From Podarcis muralis (taxonomy: Eukaryota), in the NCBI RefSeq assembly GCF_964188315.1, contig NC_135673.1, forward strand, positions 24,428,001 to 24,492,000: DNA of 64,000 nucleotides, written 5' to 3'. Each line of letters begins with the position of its first letter. Within the stretch, counting starts at the first letter, position 1. Positions 37,130-48,584 of this stretch are shown in pieces. The notes beneath the pieces were generated by a model that saw only the letters and a program-made list of their open reading frames with translations, searched no databases and was not told the origin of the DNA. Both the position numbers and the translations under genes were made by a program.

Positions 37130-37360
37130 GGAGTGACTCCCCTATGAAGAAAGTAGCAGCATTTGAATTTTTTTGTTTTTGTTTAGAGAAAATACAAGTG
37201 AGAGGTAACATAATAGAAGTTTGTAAGATTGTGCACGGCCTGGAGAAGGTGTTTAGAGAAAAGTTTTTTTCTCCCTCTTTCATGACACTGGAACTTGTGC
37301 ACATCTGATGGAGCTGAATGTTGGAAGACGCAGAACAGATGAAAGAAAGCATGGCATGTT
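37130..37360 (+). mobile_element. CR1 LINE 3' fragment
   Basis: tttagagaaaatacaagtgagaggtaacataatagaagtttgtaagattgtgcacggcctggagaagg...tgaatgttggaaga. Confidence 0.8.
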
Positions 37361-40223
37361 TCAAATTCTGAGCCCACTGTGGGTTGAAGCCCTGGATGGT
37401 ATAAATGCATGCTGGCATTAACATGGAGATGTGGGCCAGAGTGCATATATTTTAAGAAACTCAGAAATGCAACCTATAAAATATGTAGATGCAACCCAAT
37501 TAAATTCAGCAAGGCGAATGCATCCGCTGGGCATACAACGGAAAGAAATTGAGATAATCTTACACTATGGATCTTTTCGCTGTTGGTTCCTGCCCCCCTT
37601 TATTGTAAAGCTTCTGAGTACCATTTTTCTTTCTGGATTTATTTGTTTGACAATTTGAATAGTTTTAAGCCACTTTGGTTGCATGAATTTTAGGGTAATG
37701 ATGAAGAGGGGAATGATGTCTCTTAATTTCCAATAGTCAAATGACACCCACAGATCAAGTTCATCATTATTCTCCTTTCAACATGATGGTGTTCATTTAA
37801 GTTAAAGGAATTAGGAGTATGACCCAGAGTCTGTATCTACAGCATTGTGTAAGATGCTTACTCCTTACACGAATATTTTAGATGAAGGCTGAAATTAGAT
37901 TAAAATGTCTGTCTGCAAATCCCTCATTGTCTAGTCTAGAGCAGCCATTTCTGATCAGATACGTAAGAGTCAACGAGCAGCTTGCATAAGTTCCTTAATG
38001 TGAGAGTATCTTGGACATTGCATGTGACTGTTTCCACCTAGCATCAGCTACTCGCAGGAGAGAGAGAGAGCAGCCTCAGGCTATTTTGCAGAGATGAATG
38101 AATAATTCACAGCAAAGAAATTCATTGGACAAATTGTGCCCCTTCTGATTCAGTGAGACTCCTCAAGTGCTTCTAGTTAAGCAAGAATGTAAGCAGTGGT
38201 GCTTTTGTGGATTTAAGGAGAAAAGAAGAGCCCCATCAAATCAGATCATAGGCATTGATTATCTACAGAAGTGGCCAGTCAGGGAAGCTCACCTGAATGT
38301 GTTTAACATCTGCCATTCAGAGATACGCTATCTGGAGGCTCTGTCTTCTTACTGCTAGACCTACCTTGCTCCATAGATTTGTCTGACTATTATTTAAAGC
38401 CATCAGTTACCACCACCACTGTTTGGCCAGAAAGCATTTGCCCTTCTAGATCAATTGGGCCAGACCACATGTATGTGAGTGTGCAGTGGCAGACTTGGGT
38501 ACTATGGCGTCCTGTCTGAGCCCAAAATTTGCCCCGTCCCACCCCTCATGCTGCCTTCCCAAAGCAGCATGGGAAAGTGCTAACTAGGCTTTGGGAAGGA
38601 AATGGGAGGACTCTACCCTATCAGAGCCTCATACCTCCTTCCCAAAGCTCAGTGCCTCGCTTATTGGACTGCACCCAGTGCGTGCTCACACAATCCTAAA
38701 TCTGCCCCTGGTGTGTGTGTGAGGCACTGGGCTTTTACTTGCATGAGGCTTGTCTTTTTTGCTGTGCCACCTGGGTCAAGTTTTGAGGGCCAAACAGGGG
38801 AGCCCCCAGCCACATTCCTGAAATAGAGGACTGTCTGCAAAGTAGAGCTTATGGCCATCTCATGCCCAGCCTGAAATGGCAGTTTGTTTCTTCAGGAATT
38901 GGACTGGCTCTGCAGCAACTATCTTTATACAGCGCAGGATGGTGATAACATGGAACACTGATCTGATGCCAGGTGTTGACTGGTGACAATGATCTCATTG
39001 GTGGCATGAATGTGAGAGAGTGGTGTCAACTCCAATGTCCCTAGAGCCGTTTTTCCTCTGTCATTTGCTTCCCGCAAACACTCATCTTACCACCTAGTGG
39101 GAAACAAAAATGAGAAAGCTTATTCCAAGGGCACCAGCAAAGAGCAATTCTGCTTTGCCACAGCTGGATTTGTTTAGAAGGATCTATGATAGTCCATTTG
39201 GTTTGGCCACAACTTAAAGGAAATAACTATGGTACTTAAGGACTTAACTCAATACTCCCTGGAGGTAATGATTCCCTCCACCCGTCTTCCTTCCATTGTA
39301 CAGACTATCTTGCTTGTTGGTTGGGGACCTTTCATTCCCCAGGCGACCTAATGGATACTAAGAATTGAAATTCAATTTTCAGCTTTTTGCTCAAGGGAAG
39401 AGCTTATTTCGGTAGGGAGACCATGGGGAGCCAGTGAAGCTTTTCCTCCCCCCCCTTTTTTTTTTGGTATACTCAAGCCATCTTCAGGTTTATTTATAAA
39501 TTGAGAAAAGAGAGAAGGTTGCACTAAAAATAATTAAACGTGTCAGAATGCAAATAAAATGATTGCAAGGTCACACAGAGCACACTGGGGAAAAGTCAGA
39601 TCCGGTTCTTCTGGGGAAAAGTAACAAAAGTAAACGTTTGCTCATTAGAGGCGGACTGTGCTAGAACATGGAGCTTTGAAGTCATTAGTGCCCATTAGCC
39701 ACCTTACACCTGTATCTGGCTTGCTCAGGAGGAGGATCTGCCCCAGCTGCTCTAAAACAAGAGGCACTGGGTTTATGCACAATTTACCCACATTACACTC
39801 GACATGGGAGTAGGAATCTGCAGCACTCTGACTGCAAAGTCGGGCTCACTTGAATTGTTCTGAGCAAATAATGAGCCAGATTGGATCAGGACTCTACATT
39901 AGTCATCTCTAGAATCAACAGTCCTGTGGATCCTGGGATGGCTAGCACAGGGGATCTTCTTGCTACTGTGCACTTTGAATAGAAAGGAGCCAGTCACACA
40001 AAAGCAATGGGATTTGATGGCATTCCATCAGGAGTGAATTGTACCTCTGGGAGTAGGGAGGGGCTGTTTTCATGTAAAAACTAGCTGCCAATAAGCTACT
40101 GAGCCTGGTTTTGACTACTGCTTTTGACTTATTAAATTATCATCATCATCACCATCTATCTGGTCCCTGGAACAGCTAGAATAGTTACATAAGTGTCTAT
40201 GTTAATATAATGTTCATCATATC

Positions 40224-40525
40224 ATGGCCCCATAGCTCAGTGGCAGGGCACATGTTCTGCACATAGAGCAGGGGTGGCTAGCCTGTAGACTTCCAAATGT
40301 TGTCATGGGGCTATGGCTCCCATTCTCCCTGAACCTTGTCCCACGCTGTGGCTGATGGAGACTGGAGTCCAGCCATGTCTGGTGGGTCACAGTAGTTAGC
40401 CACATAGAGGGTCCCAGATTCAATGCCTTGCATCTCCATTTGACTTTTACCTGAGATCTTGGGGAGTGCTGCCAGTCAAAGTTGGTGGCACTGGGGTATG
40501 TGTACCAATGTGCTGACTTACTATG
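40224..40525 (+). mobile_element. tRNA-SINE (Squam2-like) interrupted by a 133-bp hAT MITE (40269-40401)
   Basis: Head ccatagctcagtggcag; insert starts caggggtggctagcc; 8-bp TSD acatagag at 40261-40268 and 40402-40409. Confidence 0.8.
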
Positions 40526-40856
40526 GCCAACTATGGCCAATCATATGCCCATTAGTTTTGTGGCTGAGCAGGAATTTTAACTTGGGTTTTCCCAAGTGAT
40601 GCCCCAAACTCTAGCCCAGGGAAGGGAAACCTATAACTCTCCAATGCTGTTGGAATTCATCTCTCATCATCCCTGACCATTGGCCATGCTAGTCGGGGGC
40701 TGATGGGACTTGAGGTCCAACAATTTTTAGGGGGCCACAGATTTGCCACCCTTGCTTCAATCAATGTACCACACTGGCTCAAAATTATTAGTTGTATACA
40801 CGAAGAACCTCCCCTCTCCCTCTTCACTGCAAATCAAGGGGATGAATGTGCAGTAT

Positions 40857-40859
<3 letters not shown>

Positions 40860-40895
<36 letters not shown>
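40860..40895. repeat. (CA)n microsatellite ~200 bp upstream of the TRPC5 exon-2 acceptor
   Basis: Directly visible. Confidence 0.97.
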
Positions 40896-40896
<1 letters not shown>

Positions 40897-40909
40897 AAGG
40901 ACTTTGTGA

Positions 40910-41017
40910 TGAGTTGTAGTTCAGTGGTAAAGCATCTGATGTGCATGCAGAAGGTTCCATATTCAATTCCTTACATCTTTAGGTCTGACTCAGTATAATG
41001 CTGATCTCTTTGTTCCT
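40910..41017 (+). mobile_element. Internally deleted tRNA-SINE (Squam2-like) just upstream of the exon-2 acceptor
   Basis: tagttcagtggtaaagcatc...gcatgcagaaggttcc...ggtctgactcagtataa. Confidence 0.75.
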
Positions 41018-41091
41018 GCACAAGATAAGTAACAAATTTTGTAGCTCCATCTGAAAGAACTGCTCTCTTTCTCCCCCCTCCCCCCATTCAG

Positions 41092-41502
<411 letters not shown>

Positions 41503-42388
41503 TGAAAAGAAATGCTGCATATAATTGTTTGTCTAAATTGAATGGAGGAGAATCCTAAGATAATTCTATGGAGACTGGACCAAGACCCATTACACCAGTT
41601 TTCTGAAAATATTGTTCCTTTGTGAAAATTGAGTCTTAATTTTCTGCAGCTTTATTGAGGTGGAGAGAGAAATTCTCCCCAAACCTTAAGGCAGTTGTTT
41701 CTACTTAATTTAAGTGAATTTAGGATTGGCACTGGATATTTTGAGTCAAGCGGTTTTCAACTATTCTTGAGGGAGGGGAAAAAGAAATTGTCCCAAAATC
41801 CAGGGTTAAATTTATGATAGATTTAAGGATGTAGGGCTTGAAGCTGAGGGATCTCCTTTTAACTTTCTTCCTTTAGTGAAGCATTTATCTGGCTTCCTGT
41901 ACTTCCTTTTAACGTGAAATAAAGCTGCCCAGCTCTCAGGTATTGCAGATACAGCATTTCCAGGTGAAAGCAAATGAGGAACATGGGAGGCTGCTTCTGG
42001 AGTGTTCAACAGCTGGGATGGTTTTCCTGATGTCATGTAAAAAGGTTAGCAATAGAATTTTAGGTGGGGGGTGGAATCAGACCCTTCTTAGGCCACAGGT
42101 GGACCATGGACCAAATCAGGCCTTTAAGCCCCTTCCCCATTTAGGCCAAGACACACCCACCTGCCCTTCATTCAATATCATATACAGTAGCAGATTGCAC
42201 AGGAAGCATGAAGGTGGCTAAAACAGATCTTGCAGAGGCAGTGCAAGATAGTGCTTTGAAAACGGGCTCAGCAAGGCTGGACTATCTCCCAACTGCTGGG
42301 CCTTGCAAAGTCCATTTCAAAGCAATATCTCGCACAGCACTTTGAAAGTGCTTCTCAAAAGTTTTCTTATGGAGGTGCTATACACAAA

Positions 42389-42446
42389 GAACTTGGAACC
42401 TTCTTCATGCAGTGCTGATGTCTACCGCTGAGCTGCGTCCCTCCCC
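42389..42446 (-). mobile_element. tRNA-SINE head fragment
   Basis: Reverse complement reads gggacgcagctcagcggtaga...tgcatgaagaaggttccaagttc. Confidence 0.65.
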
Positions 42447-42489
42447 CATACAGTAGAGTGGAAGTTAGCATCCTAGTATTTGCTGCCTA

Positions 42490-42875
42490 AGGGCTCACCC
42501 AGATTTTCACTTGTCCCACCACTTTCCCCTTGGGAAACCTTCTCTTTACCTCTTAGCTGGAGTAAACATCAAAAAGGTTTTCAGTGGACTGATGTTTGCT
42601 CCAATTCAGGGCTAAGGAGCAGGTTTTCTCAGGGAAAGTTGCAGGGCAAACAGAAAACCACTCAGGCCAGTGCCTGGAGAGAACAAGGCAAGTGGAAANN
42701 NNNNNNNNNNNNNNNNNNNNNNNNNNNNNNNNNNNNNNNNNNNNNNNNNNNNNNNNNNNNNNNNNNNNNNNNNNNNNNNNNNNNNNNNNNNNNNNNNNNN
42801 NNNNNNNNNNNNNNNNNNNNNNNNNNNNNNNNNNNGTTTTCCAGGCATAGGACAAGTGGAAGTGTGGATTAGCCT
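42490..42875. mobile_element. Long-TIR MITE (PIF/Harbinger-like); related copies at 45182-45448, 53172-53580, 57100-57310, ~32060-32220
   Basis: Termini agggctcaccca / gtgtggattagcct; shared internal ctttcccctgggaaa...gatgtttgctc(c/t)(a/g)att; spans an N gap. Confidence 0.6.
42699..42835. other. Assembly gap (137 N)
   Basis: Run of N. Confidence 1.
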
Positions 42876-42934
42876 TAAGACTGCAGTGTCAAACCCCTTG
42901 ACTGGGTCGTAATAATACTGTCCACAATGCAGTA

Positions 42935-43288
42935 CAGTGGTGCCTCGCAAGATGAAAATAATCCGTTCCGCAAGTCTCTTTGTCTAGCAGTTTTTTCGTC
43001 TTGCGAAGCAACCCTATTAGCGGATTAGCGGATTAGCGCTATTAGCGGTTTAGCGGCTTAGCGGCTATTAAAGGCTTAGCGGCTTAGCGCCTAAAAGGCT
43101 ATTAGTGGCTTAGCGGCTTAGAAAAAGGGGGGGGGGAGCGAAAAAAATTGCAAGACTCGCAAGACGTTTTCGGCTTGCGAAGCAAGCCCATAGGGAAAAT
43201 TGTCTTGCGAAGCAACTCAAAAACGGAAAACCCTTTCGTCTAGTGGGTCTTTCGTCTTGCGAGGCATTCGTCTTGCGGGGCACCACTG
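42935..43288 (+). mobile_element. Tc1/mariner (Tigger-like) MITE, family B, 354 bp, with internal TTAGCGG-type minisatellite
   Basis: TIRs cagtggtgcctcgcaaga / tcttgcggggcaccactg; TA TSD at 42933-42934 and 43289-43290. Confidence 0.92.
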
Positions 43289-44558
43289 TACATATGTTAG
43301 AAGAAAACTCTTCCCCAAGCTTAGGGCTCTCCCTTCTATAGACCATGCTTCTGTGCCAGCAGCTGGCCTTGCAGAAAGTTAGGCCTTTTCCTGGCATGGA
43401 CATAAGTAGAAAGGAAACTGTCACCTGCTACATTTTTTAATGCCAGACAATTGGCACAGAAGCAGAGCCAAAGAAAGAGGCACATTTATTTAGGCTTCAC
43501 ATTCTTTAAAGAAGAAGATAACAATGCTTTATTTTTCCAGTTGAATTACAATTCTGTTGCATATCATCCAACTTACTGTTGAAAGGTAGTATTTGTAGGG
43601 GAAATGGATATGCGTAAATATTTAATGCAGTGTTTTACAAAAGCAGAGCAGGAAGATGTGCTTTAGTAAGTAACACATAAGCTTTTAAGATCCATTCCTC
43701 TATATGCTGCTTGATTTCCTTCCCCCCACTCTCTACCCTACCAGTTTACTACAACAATGGTGTGTGTGCAGTGAATTTTTTTCTCAGCTAGAGAGCAAAA
43801 TACCTTGAGCCAGCCCTGGGGAGAAATGCATTTCCTCATCATTTTAAGTGCCGAAAAGCTGCCATTTCCTCACCACAGAATAACTTCCTTCAGGGAAGAA
43901 ATCAGGATTCCTTGCAACAACTAGGCAATTGCAGCGGGGGTCGGGGGGAGCCTGGCATACAAATGTGAACAAGCAAATGGACTGAAGCATGTTTAAGTCT
44001 CTTGATATTGTTACAAAAGTCAGGTGCCTGCCCTGCTCTATGTTGAGAGGTGGCATGAACCCATGGGGTCCCAGGCACCCACACGGGGTCTGTGTCCCTT
44101 TGGAGAATGGAAGACACTGCGGAGACTGTTGTAGCTTTAAGGAATATGGTTTGTTCATCTATTTACACCTTTAGTTAGCATGGAGGGAGTCCAGATCTTA
44201 CAGCATGGCTTGTACCCCACAGCAGCGCAGGCGGCCTTCAGCCAGCCTGCCCAAGATGAATCTCAGCTCTTCCTACTCCTCCTCCTTCCACCTAGAAATC
44301 CTTTGTTCCCAGACTCCCTCAAGCACACAGTTACCCTGGCAACCTTTCAGACCCCTGTCTCTGTTCACACCTCGGGGCAGGGGGGAGGGCGTTCTCTTGT
44401 ACTGCGAATGGCCCTCTGTTGTTCTTTGATGGCCCTAGCTCAGCCAGGTTGTTTTGCATAAGCTAGCCCAGAACTTCCTCTTCAGCTTGCATTCTCCCTT
44501 CATATCCCAAATAAACAGAATTCTAGAATTTATTAATTTCTAGGATTTAGGGGAGTCC

Positions 44559-44885
44559 CAGAGCCTAGGACTTGCCGATCAGAAGGTCGGTGGTTTGAAT
44601 CCCCGCGACAGGGTGAGCTCCCGTTGCTTGGTCCCTGCTCCTGCCAACCTAGCAGTTCGAAAGCACATCAAGTGCAAGTAGATAAATAGGTACTGCTCCG
44701 GTGGGAAGGTAAACGGTGTTTCCGTGCGCTGCTCTGGTTGGCCAGAAACGGCTTAGTCATGCTGGCCACATGACCCGGAAGCTGTATGCTGGCTCCCTCA
44801 GCCAATAAAGTGAGATGAGCACCACAAAACCAGAGTCGGCCACGACTGGACCTCATGGTCAGGAGTCCCTTTACCCTTTTACCCC
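44559..44885 (+). mobile_element. Sauria SINE, missing ~25 nt at the 5' end
   Basis: cagagcctaggacttgccgatcagaaggtcgg...gtgcaagtagataaatagg...ccctttaccc tail. Confidence 0.93.
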
Positions 44886-44931
44886 TTAAATCTATAACAA
44901 CATTGAACCCAAATCAGTCTTGACAACAGAC

Positions 44932-44982
44932 AGGAAGGAAGGAAGGAAGGAAGGAAGGAAGGAAGGAAGGAAGGAAGGAAGG
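44932..44982. repeat. (GGAA)n microsatellite
   Basis: Directly visible. Confidence 0.97.
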
Positions 44983-44985
44983 ACC

Positions 44986-45143
44986 CAGTAGCGTAGCGTG
45001 GGTTGTCAGCACCCGGTGCAAGGCAAGTAATTTGCGCCCCCTAACCCGTGGATTTGCGCCCCCTAACCTGTGGATTTGCCCTAACCCCAGATGTTGTGCC
45101 CGGTGCGGCCGCCCCCCCCCGCACCCCCCACGCTACGCCACTG
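44986..45143. mobile_element. Young CpG-rich hAT-type MITE, 158 bp
   Basis: TIRs cagtagcgtagcgtggg / cccacgctacgccactg (16/17); 8-bp TSD gaaggacc / gaaggaac. Confidence 0.85.
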
Positions 45144-45181
45144 GAAGGAACCTAGAAATATGCATCAGAACACATTCACTA

Positions 45182-45448
45182 GGGACTCATCCACTCTTTC
45201 ATTTGCCCTGCCGCTTTCCCCTGGGAAAACCCATGGTTTAACATTGCATTGGAACCAACAGCAATTGGGTTTCCCGCAGATTGCCATTTGCTCTGATTTA
45301 GTGCTAAAAAGTGGGCTTTCCAGGGGAAAGCAGGGAGGCAAAGGCAAACTGCTCAGACCTGTTCCTAGACAGCATGGGACAAGTGGAAAACTGCCCGGAC
45401 CTGTGCTGTCTAGGCAAGGGACAAGCAGAAGTATGGACAAGCCCTAGG
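45182..45448. mobile_element. Long-TIR MITE (PIF/Harbinger-like)
   Basis: Termini agggactcatccact / agtatggacaagccct; similar to 42490-42875. Confidence 0.6.
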
Positions 45449-46749
45449 ATAAGGATGGGGACCCTATGGCTGCTCAGATGTTGGTGGACTACTACCCCTA
45501 TCATCCCTGACACCTGGCTGTGCTGGTTGGCGTTGATGGGAGTTGGAGGACCACAGGAGTCTTCCCTGCACCAGCAAATTAGAGAAGCAACAGTATTTTT
45601 AAAGAATGTAAAGGCCTGCTCAAGGGTCTCCCCTTAAAGTATAACTCGTCCTGTATGTGCATCATGCATGCCTATTTACTATGGTTTAAAAATTCAAGGG
45701 CAGATGTGGCTGTAGCTTACAACTTGGAAGCATGTACAATACGTGAGACTGTGATCTTTCTCTTAAATCCAGACTAAGTTAGTTGAATGGAGATCTCACT
45801 AAAATCAACAAGATGGGATAGTCAGTGGGAGAATGCAGGTAACTTAACCCATTTACTGACTTGGAATTTAACCATAGGTGCCTTTGTTTGCCATTTCCAT
45901 GTGTTCAAGCACATGAACGAATTTTTAAGTGGTTTGCTGAACAATTGATTATGTGTCTACTCAGAAGTAAGTTCCATTGAGTTCAGTGGGGATTGCTTCC
46001 AGGCAAGTATGGATAGGATTGCAGTGATCATTATTCTCTTAAATCTTTTTTTAATATATAAAAAAGTTTGGATTTCAGTATTTGAATATTATTACTTAAT
46101 TGCTAATATGCATTTGCATCTGCGCATATCCGGTAAATGTTGCACATGCTATTTTAGTACTTGGTAGCATTTACTAACTGATGTGCAATGGTAGTTAGTA
46201 ATTAATAATATTGGGTGGCTGTCATGCAACTGTGTTTAGTAGATGACTATATTTTTACTATAACTAACAATATTTAGAAACTGATATGCAGCCTTATTTT
46301 GTCACATTGCAATGCTGCTTATTATTTGATAATTGACAACGTAAGACTTCAATCCTAGCCATGTCCACTCACAATTAAAACTTGTTGAATTTGAGGAGGC
46401 TTACTCTCTGCAGGTAAGTGGGGTTGCAACCTTAGGAGATTTCATATTGGTTGTGTGCCAGAACCACCAAGAGATGCCAATAAATTTTGCATTGTGAGAA
46501 TTTACATTCAAAATGCAAACTAAAATTGTGAAATGTGAAATGTCATCACGATTCTAGCACTGCAGGGAGTTGTATTAGATGACCCTTTGGATCCCTCCCA
46601 GCTCTAAAATTATTTGATTCTATGATTCTAAAATAGCCCCATTCTTCTGCCCATAAGGGCTTAAGTGAACACATCAGGAGCTTGAACAAGTGCACTAGCT
46701 CCACCCCTTTGCCCTCTGCTTGTTCCTAAGCAGCTGTCTTGCAGTAGAC

Positions 46750-46996
46750 CATGGATAGGCAAACTAAGGCCTGGGGGCCGAATCGGCCCAATCGCCTTCT
46801 AAATCCATCCCGTGGACGGTCCAGGAATCAGCGTGTTTTTACATGAGTAGAATGTGTGCTTTTATTTAAAATGCATCTCTGGGTTATTTGTGGGCATAGG
46901 AATTTGTTCATTATTATTTTTTTCAAAATATAGTCTGGCCCCCACAAGGTATAAGGGTCAGTGACCAGCCCCTGCTGAAAAGTTTGCTAACTCCTG
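46750..46996. mobile_element. hAT-Charlie-type MITE
   Basis: Termini catggataggcaaact / agtttgctaactcctg; internal ggcccggg-type motifs. Confidence 0.78.
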
Positions 46997-47093
46997 CAGA
47001 CAATCCTCCCTCTTAATCAAGGCTTCCTGCATATTTTCCACTACTTTCTATTCAATTCAACTGCCTGGGTAGGTATGGTGATGGCAGGCATTA

Positions 47094-47244
47094 NNNNNNN
47101 NNNNNNNNNNNNNNNNNNNNNNNNNNNNNNNNNNNNNNNNNNNNNNNNNNNNNNNNNNNNNNNNNNNNNNNNNNNNNNNNNNNNNNNNNNNNNNNNNNNN
47201 NNNNNNNNNNNNNNNNNNNNNNNNNNNNNNNNNNNNNNNNNNNN
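47094..47244. other. Assembly gap (151 N), adjacent to an (AC)-rich microsatellite
   Basis: Run of N. Confidence 1.
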
Positions 47245-47299
47245 ACACGCGCACGCACGCACACACATGAATGTTGCATGCAGAAGCTCCCAGGTTTAT

Positions 47300-47662
47300 T
47301 TATATATATTTTTAAAAAATAATTTTTATTAACCGACCAATCAAATAAAATAAATCACATCACATAAATTCTGAATTACAAAGCCGAATTTTAAATTTTT
47401 GTTGAGGGGACCCATATTTCAAGTTCCGAAGGGGATTCTGATCATCTTCTTGCTACTGCGTTAATGTCCAAATCAGTCCGAATAAAGTTCATAATTCTAT
47501 CCAGTCTTATCTTGCTGTTTCCACATCTCATCTTGTTTGTATATTTTTTCTTTTTTTCTTTATGAGCTCTTCTGATAATCTCCTTAAGCAGATAAACACC
47601 TGTGTGGATTTTCCGTTCATCCAGTCATCGTATCGAGATGGTTTCCATATATCATCACTTTC
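47300..47662 (-). mobile_element. Probable L1-clade LINE 3' end running into a gap
   Basis: The - strand is A-rich, ends in AATAAA plus an A-rich tail, and retains CpGs. No diagnostic motif is visible. Confidence 0.4.
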
Positions 47663-47862
47663 NNNNNNNNNNNNNNNNNNNNNNNNNNNNNNNNNNNNNN
47701 NNNNNNNNNNNNNNNNNNNNNNNNNNNNNNNNNNNNNNNNNNNNNNNNNNNNNNNNNNNNNNNNNNNNNNNNNNNNNNNNNNNNNNNNNNNNNNNNNNNN
47801 NNNNNNNNNNNNNNNNNNNNNNNNNNNNNNNNNNNNNNNNNNNNNNNNNNNNNNNNNNNNNN
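47663..47862. other. Assembly gap (200 N)
   Basis: Run of N. Confidence 1.
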
Positions 47863-47874
47863 TGGATGGACCAA

Positions 47875-47987
47875 GGGTCTTGGATAGCTCAGTTGGTTAG
47901 AGCATGGTGCATATTCCTGCATTCCAGGGAGTTGAACTAGATGATCCTCAGGGTCCCTTCCAACTCTATGATGCTAAGTTTCTATGA
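47875..47987 (+). mobile_element. tRNA-derived SINE with CR1 3' tail (internally deleted); a - strand relative lies at 60132-60229
   Basis: A-box gatagctcagttggttagagc joined to the CR1 tail gaactagatgatcctcagggtcccttccaactctatga. Confidence 0.8.
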
Positions 47988-48151
47988 CTTGGTATAAGGC
48001 AGCTTCTGATATCCTTGTAGTCAGGGCTCTCAGGCCAGATGACAAGTAAGGTGCAAGTCACAATGTCACTGAGCAGTGATGGATTTAGGGTGGTGCAGGC
48101 AGTTCCCCCACCTAGGGCATCAAGCCAAGGGGGTGCAAAATTGAGAAGATA

Positions 48152-48584
48152 CAGTGGTGCCCCGCAAGACGAATGCCTCGCAAGACGGAAAACCCGCTAG
48201 ACGAAAGGGTTTTCTCTTTTGGAGGTGCTTCGCAAAACAGATTCCCTATGGGCTTGCTTTGCAAGACGAAATGTCTTGCGAGTTCCTGCAGGGTGTTTTT
48301 TTCCTCCCCCCCCCCCTTTTCCCAAGCCACTAAGCTGCTTATCAGTTGATCCGCTAAGCCGCTAAGCCGCTTTACAGCTGATCCGCTAAGCCGCTAAACA
48401 GCTGATCGCTAAGCCGCTTATCAGCTGATCCGCTAAACCGCTTATCAGCTGATCCGCTAAGCCCGCTAAGCCGCTAATAGCGCTAATCCGCTAAGCCGCT
48501 AATGGGCTTGCTTCGCAAGATGAAAAAGCCGCAAGACGAAGAGACTTGCGGAACGGATTCTTTTCGTCTTGCGAGGCACCACTG
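48152..48584 (-). mobile_element. Tc1/mariner (Tigger-like) MITE, family B, 433 bp, inverted relative to the 42935 copy
   Basis: TIRs cagtggtgccccgcaaga / tcttgcgaggcaccactg; TA TSD at 48150-48151 and 48585-48586; expanded internal array 48326-48503. Confidence 0.92.

Noticed and set aside
42480-42950. ORFs spanning N gaps (also 47041-47940)
   Set aside because: Artefacts of translating through N runs.
43016-43121. Regularly spaced repeats resembling a CRISPR array or telomeric tract (also 48326-48503)
   Set aside because: No unique spacers, no cas genes, eukaryotic context, and not TTAGGG; these are minisatellites inside TA-flanked MITEs.
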